A stretch of DNA of 64,000 nt from Amoebidium appalachense. Taxonomy: Eukaryota; Protista; Ichthyosporea. The notes under the pieces were generated by a model, which had not been told where the DNA came from, did not search any database, and saw only the letters and a list, made by a program, of their open reading frames with translations. A program made the translations under genes and the position numbers. The DNA lies in NCBI GenBank assembly GCA_963693365.1, contig CAVNZM010000001.1, positions 15,672,418 to 15,736,417 on the forward strand, read 5' to 3'. Of the stretch, positions 32,032 to 64,000 are shown piece after piece. The first letter of the stretch is position 1. Each line of letters begins with the position of its first letter.

Positions 32032-32722
32032 TTTTAGCTTTTTCTGTTTCTGTTGGCCCTACTCATGCACTTGCCTCTGTATACTATGATACGTTTGCAT
32101 ACATGCGTGCCCACAGTGACACCGTTGAAATGGCGTCGAAATCCGAGGCTCCTCGTTTATATACCCGGGCAGGCATGAAATTGAATTTCCAGCAAAAGAT
32201 GGAATGACTGTTGATTGGTTAACCTGAATCACAACCAGATCCAACCAATAAAAACAAATTTTGGTGCGGAGTCGCGCCCAATCAATTCGCGCCTCCGGAA
32301 TTGATTCAAATGACTCGCAGCTCGCACCAGGCAAGCGAGTCGGCGACCCCATCTAACAGCAGCATCAGCTGAGCGCTGTGTGTATAGATGCGAATGGCAA
32401 ACTATTTCTGCTACCCTTTTGTTCTTTTTTTTACTAATATCTCACTGACTTTGTAGTTTATTCGGATGCCAAAAGATCTCATTCACACAGAGCTGGGTGC
32501 GTTCAGAGCCAATGGTCAATCATAAACAGGTAGCCAATCAGTAAATCGCATGCTATTTCAGAGTTTACCACATATGGCTAACAACAAAAAAATTCAGATT
32601 CCGAACTTTCACATCACCGACTTGTAGACTCCGGCGTACTTTTCAGTTGTTCTAGTCATCTGCACAGTCGACAGTGGTAGTGTCATTGGCTTTTGCCTTA
32701 TTTGTAAAAAGTGACTGCCAAG
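32032..32722. promoter_or_regulatory. Putative divergent promoter region between GPCR B and the sphingomyelinase-like gene
   Basis: A ~690-bp microsatellite-free gap between two divergent ATGs. It has TATATAAA on the minus strand at ~32156-32163 and CCAAT motifs at ~32214 (-), ~32246, ~32278, ~32509 and ~32534. Confidence 0.5.
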
Positions 32723-41702
<8,980 letters not shown>

Positions 41703-42212
41703 TTAGGAAGGCACAGACCTACCTAATTAGGAAGGCTACGTTATACTTTTCGTGTGTGTGTATAGTAGCTTCAACGTGCCAGGCTTTTCATATATAGCAG
41801 GTTATAGTTTATTGTCAACATACATAGAGTGATTGGATTGCAAACCGTATATGGATACAACTGATAATTATGCTTGCTTTTAGGCCTGGTGTATTTCTCG
41901 GGCATTTTCCCTTTCTGTTTCAAGCGTTGTGACCATTTTTCCCCCTATTAAACTCATGGCTACGAAAATGCGAGATTTTGCAATCATTCATAATATCATA
42001 CGGATGACAAGATCTAAATAGTGGGACCTCCTAAAGCGGTAGTACAGTTTTCCTAAAAAGGTAATATACGTGCATCTGGAGTCACTTATAGAGCTATGCA
42101 TAAAGAGTGTGAATGCCACCTAGCTATAGGCAATACAAGACATATCATTGGCCATATCGATGTGCCCGTCTGATGTCAGCAATCTACATATTTTATTTGC
42201 GAGAGACTATGT

Positions 42213-42679
42213 ATGGCGTGGTCAGAATTTCCCTAATTTGGTATGTCAAGAGTCTACATATGGTATATAATGGAGCTGGAAGAAACTCTTCGGAATCGAA
42301 ATAGAAAAATAATAGACTGTCGATGTGTCATCGTGGGGTACACCTACCTCAATTCATTTGTGACACACACCACATAGCCCCTTTACCTTCCATTTGTTCC
42401 TTATTCTGCCACTATTCCATGCATGTACATCACCGACCTCACTAGTGGCGTGGTCAGAATTTCCCTAATTTGGTATGTCAAGAGTCTACATATGGTATAT
42501 AATGGAGCTGGAAGAAACTCTTCGGAATCGAAATAGAAAAATAATAGACTGTCGATGTGTCATCGTGGGGTACACCTACCTCAATTCATTGTGACACACA
42601 CCACATAGCCCCTTTACCTTCCATTTGTTCCTTATTCTGCCACTATTCCATGCATGTACATCACCGACCTCACTAGTGG
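42213..42679 (+). repeat. Near-perfect tandem duplication of a ~232-bp unique-sequence unit
   Basis: tggcgtggtcagaatttccc...caccgacctcactag occurs at ~42213-42445 and ~42446-42677. The only difference I see is one T in a T-run. Confidence 0.92.
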
Positions 42680-43054
42680 ATAGTGACCGGCTATGTTAAT
42701 ATTTGGGTGGTTTCAGTCTCATAGTCCTTATGTATGTGTGTACCCATGTTAGATGGTACCCTATAGTCCCCATGATATTCCATGCATGGTGATTCCGTCG
42801 ATTACGAGAGCACCATCATAACCACTAATGTTTTCGTACACTGAATGCAAGAGTCGGAGTGCACCCGATTCCATTGCAAATTTACTTATGACATGTGATG
42901 TACACGGTTTTCAACGAAACCGAGTAATAAAACTATTTGACCATTGAAAGTGATCATGAAACAAAGAGGCTATAGCTGGCGCACACTAAATACTCGGTTC
43001 CGGGAAGGGGGGTGGGGGTGGGTGGGTGGGTGGGTGGGTGGGTGGGCTGGGTGT

Positions 43055-43121
<67 letters not shown>

Positions 43122-43869
43122 AAGAAAAGGAATTGGATTCACAGATGTAAAAGAATAAAAACCCACGCGTACGGACTGAATTGAATTTATAGATTTTATA
43201 GATACAAAAAAATTAAAACCCACTTGGCCGCTAGTGTGTTCTTATTGGCGGGTACTCTTGATGTCGGACGGGGTCTATATATGTGCTATCATAGCGCACA
43301 TTTAAAACTCGGTTTCGGAATAAAAAGGAGGGGCCGTGGAAGCGGTGGGCGGAGAGGGGGGGGGGGGGGGGGGGGAGAAAGAAAATCACTGAATCGAATC
43401 CACAAATTTTATCTGAAGGAAGTCGTGCCGCCAGGACGCATTCAAATACACACCCAATCATTCAACATACTTAAAACCTTGTTACTAACATCAGAAGCTT
43501 ATAGGTATTTCGTTTTTATTCGTAATACGTATGTTCGTGTGTGCCTGTGTGTGCTTGCATGTGTGGGTATGAGGGCATGCACACGCGCCCGCGACCACGC
43601 CTGTGTGTGAATAAGTAAATGTGTTTGTGTGTGTGTGTCTGTGTCTGTGTGTGTGTCCGTGCACATGAACCACCTCAACACACACAAGTATAGCCATGTG
43701 CCCTGTACGTACATGCGCGTGTGCACGTTTGCGTGCGCACGTGCGAACAACCCCAAAATGCCAGACCGCTTGCATTACCCATATCCGAAGTAACTTTTTG
43801 CATTCATACAAAAATCTAACAATCACTTCGTTCTATACTTGTACCTGACCACCATCATTCGTCTGGGCA

Positions 43870-43934
<65 letters not shown>

Positions 43935-44009
43935 GCACGCACGCACGCACGCACATACGCACGCACGTACACACACGGCACATGCACACGTGCACGCCTG
44001 CCACGCAGT

Positions 44010-44333
44010 CTATGATTGGTCCATCGACCGCACCCCGTCTCCTTCTGGTACCTTCTGCAGGTTCTGAAACACGTCCAGGTTTCTATATTTGGCAAGAAGC
44101 TCCCTGTGGAATGTGCCGGTTAGCAAAAACACAGACAGTGTTGGTACGAAGGGGATATATGTGTGGTGGAGATAGGTTGGTCCAAAAAAAAAACGAGCAT
44201 TACATTTGCCTGTGAGTGTATGTGGATGTGGTGTGTGTGTGAGTGAGTGTGTGTGTGTGTGTATGTGTGTGTGTGGGGGGGGGGGGGGGGGGGGGGGGGG
44301 GGAGGCAGGGGGGAATGGTGCGGGTGTATGTGT

Positions 44334-44364
<31 letters not shown>

Positions 44365-44887
44365 GGGGGAGGGGGGGCGAAGGGAGACAAGGCAGGCAAT
44401 ACGAAAGTGCTTTATGTAAGCGGCCCTTTCGATGACGTGACGGAGACGGGAAGGGAGAGGAGGAGGGGGGGATTATAATTTGTTACAGATTACCGGGGGA
44501 GGGGGGAGGGCGGGGGGTTGAATGCGGAACACGGTACGAAGTACGCATACACGATGAGAAGCATGGTGCAGGACACATGCAAAGGCAAACATTCAAGTAT
44601 GCAACATCAGCCATGTGCACAGTATGCGTCATAAGCAGAGCCCATCCTCAGGGAGGGCCCAAGTCATCAATTGCGTCTGAGTTTCGACCCCTTAGCCCGC
44701 GTATATACGACTCTCCAACTCAGACAGCAGCATCAACTTGGGGGGGGGGGGGGAGGTTGTCCCTAATAAAAGCTGGAGTGCACATACCAACAAAGGATAA
44801 ACGCTTCAAACCCACCACGTACATGCACACAGGAGCAGTTTTTCACACGTTGGCTGTGTGTGCGCGCGTACATTTTTTCTACAGCGG

Positions 44888-44950
<63 letters not shown>

Positions 44951-45088
44951 TGTGCCTCCACATGTGTGAATACGCGTGTCTCCAGATATGATGTGTGTGT
45001 GTGCGTGTGCCTGGACATGTGTGTGTCCACGTGTGTCCCGCCACCTGCGTGTATGTTTTTGTGTTCAAATGTGCCTCGCCATAACGAG

Positions 45089-45171
<83 letters not shown>

Positions 45172-45669
45172 TGTGCCTGTGTGTGTGACCCACTTCTTCC
45201 TGTTGAACTCTTCCATTTTGCTCTTCAACACCTCCGCCTGTTGCTGCCTACTAAGTTCCACCCCCGGCAGAGAGTTCAAAAGTTCCTCAGAGTGTTTCAG
45301 TTTGGCCTTGACTGCTAGCACCTGTCAAACAGAGGGCAGGGCAAGATGGAGATGGGGGGGGGAAGGGGGGGGGGAGAGAGAGAAAGAGAGAAGTGTGTGG
45401 TTTTTTTTCGCAAATGGGAGGGTGAGTGGGTGGGTCGTTAGATGGCGGAGAAAGGGGGCTGGGGGGGGGGAGGGGGGGGAGGGGGGTGGAGGGGGGGGGG
45501 GGTGTGAGGGGGGGGATATGTGGGAAGAAGGCATGCACGTAGCGGGTATTTATGCGGGTGGCAGTGGTGGGGGGAGGGGGGGGAGAGGAGAAGGGGGGAG
45601 GGGGGAGGGAAGGGGTGGGGTGGGGTAGGGGGCAGGTGTGTGTGTGTGTGTGTGTGTGTGCGTGTGTGC

Positions 45670-45723
<54 letters not shown>

Positions 45724-45878
45724 TAGGTAGGTGGATGAAAGAGAAGCAGGGGGGGGAGGGGGGAGGGGGGGAGGGGGGGGGGAGGAGGGGGTAGGTTAAC
45801 AAGCCGAACGCCACACGGAACCATGTGGGCAAAAGCCACGAACACTAAACAACGCATTTAGCCCCCCCCCCCCCCCCC

Positions 45879-45971
<93 letters not shown>

Positions 45972-46655
45972 GTATATATGTTTCAACCATATGTCTCAAC
46001 CCACACAGACACCAACACAACCACCACTGCATTTCTCCTCTCCGTAGCCATGCACAAGTGGCAGGGGGGGGGGGGGGGGGGGGGGGAGTGCTGGGGGGGA
46101 GAGTATTGGGCAGAAAAGGAGATGGATGAGCAGGTGTGGCAGAACAGAAGAGGATAAGTACGGAGGGCTTGCAGATGACGTGAGGACCCGGGGAGAACGG
46201 GCTGGGGATAATGTGGGTGGGGCGGCCGGGCCGGGGGGGGGGGGGGGGGGGCGGATGCAGTAGCAAACGTAAACAGGAGACACTCCTTCCTCCCCCCCCC
46301 CCCCCCCCCCCCCCCCCCTCTTCCCTACACACATACACCCCACACACTTACACACGCAAAAAAAAAGAAAGAAAAAAAAAGAGGAAAAGAAGTGCCTCCT
46401 TTGTGAGCTCGGTACACCCATCCTATGATAGGCCGGGCTTTCTCGTGGTCAGTCGATTAGACTATTCTAACTGAGCAAGACAAAAAGCCCGGAAAAGTCC
46501 CAGGAACGGGCAGGTGTTTAAGGGGAATGCCAGGGGGTATGTGGGTGTTTGGGCCGGGAGGAAGATTAAAGGTGGAGAAGGAGGCAAGGAGGTGGTTGTG
46601 AGGAAGGAAGAGAGAGTGGGAGGGAGAGACTGGGGGAGAGAGCGACAGAGAGAGG

Positions 46656-46746
<91 letters not shown>

Positions 46747-47080
46747 GGAGAGGGAGAGGGAGAGGGAGAGGGAGAGTGTTGGGAGAAAGAGAGAGTGTGT
46801 GTTTGTGCACGTGTGTGTGTGTGAATGTTGTGTGTGTGTGTGTGTTGGTGTGTGTGTATGTGTGTGTGTGTGTGTGCGTGCGTGTGCGTGCGTGGGTTCG
46901 TGCATGTGCATGTGTGTGTACGTGTGTTTGTGTGTATGTATGTATGTGTGTCCAATTACCCACCTGCTTGGTCACATCCTGCACGTGTTCGCCTCCCAGG
47001 GCGTCCAGCAGACGGTACAGCTCTGGCAGCAGCGCAAAGTCGGCCCCGCTGACAGCACGCACTGGCTCGCCCGCTTGCAT
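44010..47080 (-). CDS. MED9: Mediator of RNA polymerase II transcription subunit 9 (~112 aa, 3 exons)
   Basis: Exons 47080-46964, 45321-45194 and 44103-44010 give ..[72 protein letters not shown]... This matches the Med9 pattern (LP..Y.L / LK.K......L..LPG...S..QQ...L.......K.ELL.KY). Confidence 0.88.
44517..44737 (-). repeat. Dispersed ~220-bp repeat family, copy 3, in MED9 intron 2
   Basis: Reverse complement of 41317-41536. Confidence 0.9.
45879..45978. repeat. (TA)n microsatellite in MED9 intron 1
   Basis: About 100 bp of tatata, the only long TA run in the window. Confidence 0.95.
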
Positions 47081-48618
47081 GTTGCCTGTGTGCACTAGGA
47101 AAAGGTGTGCTGTTGTGTCGAAAGGTGGGTGTGTCTCGGTGTGGTTGACTTTGGGTGTTGGTGTCCCTGGGGTTTGTGTGTGCACTTGCGTCACTACAAA
47201 TAACACTGCCGTAGCGCCGGCAACAAAATGTGCTTATCTCGCCTTCTTCCAAATAGTATGCACCCCTAACCTATCCCCTACACAAGCTTTCCCGGTTTGT
47301 GAACGAGAGTGTGAAAGACTTCGTGAGAGACTTCGTGTGTCATCAAAACTGTGACTCCCAGCCGATACTTTAGGGTCCAATCACAAACGTTCAACTTACG
47401 TAAGGTTCATTCCGCCCGCGCCGTTCCACGTACACTACGCCACCTACGATGCAAAACTCCAGGGAATCAAAAGTCCCCAAACTTGAGAAATAGCATCCTG
47501 TATATATTTCAGGTTGATATATATGTACAAATGATCAGAAACTGTTATGTAATATATTATGTAGGTGGTTTTCCATTGACAAAATTAACGGCGATGTGGA
47601 TTTCGAATGCTTTTGAAATGCTTTTGAAAATCGATTGCCCGATGACGTAGATTCCGCGCAGTTACGTTTCCAAAAGCTGATTGGAGGAATTGCGCCAATA
47701 ATCCTGTTTTACAATCCACGATATGATTCGTTGGTTTTATTCTCCGGGCCGGCTTTGTGTCGTGATCTTTGCCCGTCGAACACATTGCTGCGCATACGTG
47801 GGCAGACTTTGCTTCTTAGAAAACAGAACAATACTCGTTCAGAACAAAAAAAACCTACCATTTTTGAGGAAGTAACCTATCTGAATTTTGCGAAAAATGT
47901 TCTAACGATCACTTTGAATATGCGATCCTGGTGGTGCGTAGAATTGTATCAAGAGCCTGTTGTGCTCACTGACTCACTGGATGTCTGGCATTTGATTGGA
48001 TCTCTATCACGTTTGAAAATGCCCAGTAACATTTCGTCACATTCCTCACGGTGTCACTTTACTCCTGCGTGGCTTGCAAGCCTTGCACCTACATTTGCAG
48101 TTTGTTACCTTTGCGTTACCCAGTTGATACTCGTTTGTATGTGCAAGCGTTGGGTGAAGTCAAGCAATATATGGTCATATATATTTTCTAACGTAGTAAT
48201 GGGTGAAATTAGTTAGGGTATACTACGAGACATAACTCTTTTTCTACCACAACCACCACAACTAATTTCACCAACTACCGACCACTAGCATGTGTGCGTG
48301 GAGCATCGATGCATCACACATAGACTCCAACTGATTATGCGCACTTCCCTGAGTAGGCTCCTCGGCTACACAAGACACGGTCAAAGACTTGGCCAAATCG
48401 CCTCATACTCAAGTCTTTTTATTTGCATTCCAATGACCACAGTACATTACGTTACTACTGCTCTGTTTACTTTCTACACTGTCCAATTTTTTACTGCCAT
48501 TCACCATTTTGTGACATAGTCTTGTTCGGCCGCGGGGGGTTATTGTTCCCAGTGTAACTCGAACCTAGACGCACCATTAATACTGCCACATGGGCTAGCA
48601 CGTTTTACCTAGAGGAAA

Positions 48619-55587
<6,969 letters not shown>

Positions 55588-55682
55588 TTTTTTTATAAAG
55601 ACATGAACGGACATTACCCATAGCGATTCTTCGTACTTCAGTAGTGCTTTTCACGGGTACATCCTCACAATCCACACACACA

Positions 55683-55720
<38 letters not shown>

Positions 55721-55823
55721 CACGCACACACACACACACACTTGCCCGTACGCGCACGCACCACGCACGCGCGCGCGCACACACACACACACACACACTT
55801 GCCGGCACGCGCACGCACCACGC

Positions 55824-55873
<50 letters not shown>

Positions 55874-56749
55874 ACGTACACGTACACGCACACATACATG
55901 CACACACACGCGGGCGCACACACATGCACACGTACACGCACACATAGAAGTACATCTGCTACATGAGAAGTAATATTAGGCAATGGAAAGACATTGGAGG
56001 GTGCACATTTAATGAACAAAAAGTGAATGACCTTTTTGAGTTGAGCACGTTGAGGAAGTTAAAATAGGAGCGTGGCCACGTGTGTTGGCATTTAGCACCT
56101 TCCAAATTTAGTAATTTTGGCCGCTTAACGTGTGTATGATCTGACGGGGATATCATTTTGACACATCTGGCGATCTATACTTTTATTCATTGGATAAGGC
56201 GGGAGCAGGAGGGAGGGTAGATATGAGGTGTTCGTGATATTTGCTATGGCCATGGTATGTTCGGCCACGATCTATAGTAGTTGAGATACGACAGGTATTA
56301 TGCAGGCATAGATAGTTAGCTCGATGTTATTTTACGGTACTTCTGTTTGTGATATATTGGATAGTGGGGCCCTAATTCACCTGCGAAAAGGTTCTGACGC
56401 TGGAACCCAGGTTGACTGAAGCAGGAAATCTCTGCAAGTAGCATATGATTAGTGTGATAGTGGTTTGTTAAATTGAAATTTCGTTGGTGCATGTCGGCTG
56501 CTGGCTGGCTGGCTTTGACCATTACAATTTACAATTTAGTTTATCTGGATATATCGGTTATTTCCGGATATGATGATGTGTCTGCCGCACGTGCGTGCAC
56601 CTGTGCACAAGTTGTACGCTGTGTGCATTGATGATGGTACAAGATGCCATACTGGTCCTTTTGATATGTGCCTGTACCCAAGCCCCCGCACACCAGCTCA
56701 TGAGGTATGCGCACGTGCTTGCAATTGTGTGCCACGGCGGTGTACACGT

Positions 56750-56755
56750 ATTTGT

Positions 56756-56826
<71 letters not shown>

Positions 56827-57307
56827 GACACTGCGTGCCCGTGTGTGTGTGTACATATGTGTGTGTGTGTGTGTGTGTGTGTACGTGTGTGTGTGTGTGT
56901 GACATGTGCGAGGGTTTTATCCTTTTCCCCCCTCAACTTTTTGGTGACATGTGCTGGCCACGGGTTAGTGGCTCGCGCACGGGTACTATGCATATGTGGA
57001 TAGGGCACGTGGGTGTACAAGGTGGCCATGTTAAGCCGTGCCGGGTAGGGTGGCCAGGCAGCTTGTGGCCATGGGTCCAATGGCATTTTGTTGCGGAAAC
57101 GATTTTTTTTTTTTTTTTTAATTAAAGCCTTTGGGGTACACGATTTTTCGAACTTACGTGTTGTTCTCGATTCACCGTAATCATCCGCACATGCAGTAAT
57201 CATCTATTTGCATCCATTACGTTTCGATTGGTGCCGGTTTATGGCATCATTATGTTCACTGTTGTGAGAGCCACGTGCACCCGCCAAACTTGCATGCACA
57301 ATTGTCG

Positions 57308-57391
<84 letters not shown>

Positions 57392-57456
57392 GCACTGTGC
57401 GTGCCCGTGTGTGTGTGTACATGTGTGTGTGTGTGTATGTGTGTGTGTGTGTGTAT

Positions 57457-57515
<59 letters not shown>

Positions 57516-57541
57516 GCACTGTGCGTGCCCGTGTGTGTGTG

Positions 57542-57575
<34 letters not shown>
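56750..57575. repeat. Compound (GT)n minisatellite with a recurring tttggcactgtgcgtgcccgtgtgtgtgtgtacat unit
   Basis: The unit is seen at ~56823, ~57388 and ~57512, embedded in (GT)n. Confidence 0.85.
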
Positions 57576-57795
57576 CTTGTGTCTCAGAAACCGTTGGCCA
57601 ATGCCAGCAGGCAGAAGAATGAGAGAGAGCTCTAATATTAGCACCTATCTAATGCGACCGTCCTCCGAGATATGCACCTATTAAAGATGGCTGACCCGCC
57701 TGACATGTGTGTGTGTGTGTGTACACGTGTGTGGGAGGGGCCCGGGGGGAGGGGGGGGGGGGGAGGGGGAGGGGGGGGAAGGAAGGGAGGGGAGG

Positions 57796-57828
<33 letters not shown>

Positions 57829-57909
57829 GGGGGGGGGGGGTGAAACACCGCACAAAAAGTTCATAATTGCGCCTCAGTCACGAGCCTCAGGGCCAACATT
57901 GTTAGCCAA

Positions 57910-62807
<4,898 letters not shown>

Positions 62808-64000
62808 CTAGAATATGTGAAAGAGGTATATCATGTGACACGGCCATCTGTTTCTAGATGGCCGTGATCATGTGAACAGGATCTTCTCTCTTATAAGTAT
62901 AGCTATTTATAGCTGGTCCCATGGTTGCGGCCATTGCCTGCATGGCTTACACACCATCACACCAAAATTATCCCCGGGAATGTAGCCTTTCGATGGATTC
63001 AAGATGCTAAAAACATAGGTAACAAGAACGAGAAAGAGCTATAAAAATTATACGTAGGCTTCATGTTTTCTTTGCTTTCAAACCCCGGGCCCCCTCTGTT
63101 CACTGAGCTGCATAGGCCGGGCTTTTTTTCAAACCCTTTCTGCGACCGTCACCACATGGGTGTTCTAAACACCAACATGACTTTTGTGGGGCCGATGACT
63201 TTACAAAACATATAAGGCCAATCAAAAAACCTATTACAAAGATTATATCTGTAACCATCAATTAGTAATCAGCTGTGCTGTGGTTAAATGACCGTTCGGG
63301 AACCCGCCTTTTTTTCGTTGCACCTTGGTTGCAAAGTGGCCGCCAGCTGGTGTGAAAAGGTCAGAAACTACGAGCGCGAGAGAGAGAGGTTGAGTTGGGA
63401 CGTCTGCTTGTTCGCTATACTCGAGATAACAGGTAAGAAGAGGGGTTTGTTATGAAAGATCCTTTGTAGGGCTTTTATTAACACATGTAACAATGTTCCG
63501 CGTGTTTTGCTTGCTTGCTGTAGTCTTTTTTGTTCTGTGCTCAACCATGTGTTTAGGTCTTCTAGCACCTCGACATGCTGGTTGTCTCGTGAGGGAATAA
63601 TAGTTGGGAACACGAGAATAGCAGTGCATAGTGGAGGAAAATGTCAAATGTTAATACCTACGAAAAGGGCACAGAATTTTGCTTTTTCTTAGTTGGAATA
63701 AGCATCCAACTCCCGGTTCCTCCAACCTTTCCTGCACAACATATAGAACACACATACACGCGCACATACATGGCACGCACCACGTACACGCGCACAAGCA
63801 CATGCACACGCACATACCCCAAAACCTCTCCTACACACATACACAGTGTGAGAGAGAGTTGGGGAGGGGGGGGGGGGGGGGGGAGTGTGTTTGTGTGTGT
63901 GTGAGTTACGGAGATGCGCACCCGCAACACACACACACACAAAGAGAGAGAGAGAGAGATACACACAGTTCATACTCTGCATACACACAAGCAGTTAATT

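Noticed and set aside
47351-48519. ORFs 47351..47650, 47635..48216 and 48292..48519 between MED9 and the PDE
   Set aside because: They have no recognisable motifs and mostly non-ATG starts. The region is more likely a divergent promoter or UTR.

Overview
This is eukaryotic genomic DNA with intron-rich genes, and its introns and intergenic regions are saturated with (CA)n/(GT)n, (CT)n/(AG)n and poly-C/poly-G tracts. Most ORFs in the supplied track are microsatellite artefacts. Manual splicing gives: a secreted Kazal-domain mucin-like protein (-); a piggyBac-type transposase with an extra N-terminal domain (-); a small possibly mitochondrial protein (-); two 8-exon paralogous class C (GABA-B-like) GPCRs arranged tail-to-tail with a ~350-bp palindrome between them; a 7-exon neutral sphingomyelinase-like EEP phosphodiesterase (+) with a 5'-truncated non-LTR retrotransposon in its last intron; MED9 (-); a PDE9-like cyclic nucleotide phosphodiesterase (+); and an uncertain spliced transcript at the right end. 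The GPCR ectodomains resemble ABC-transporter sugar-binding (type II periplasmic binding) proteins rather than a Venus flytrap. The most notable items are this receptor pair (conserved coiled coil, homogenised 7TM exons), the (CA)n/poly-C tracts abutting most 3' splice sites, and a 220-bp intronic repeat with box C/D-like features. The gene content is compatible with a unicellular opisthokont, which is inference only. All assignments come from motif recognition by eye, not database searches.
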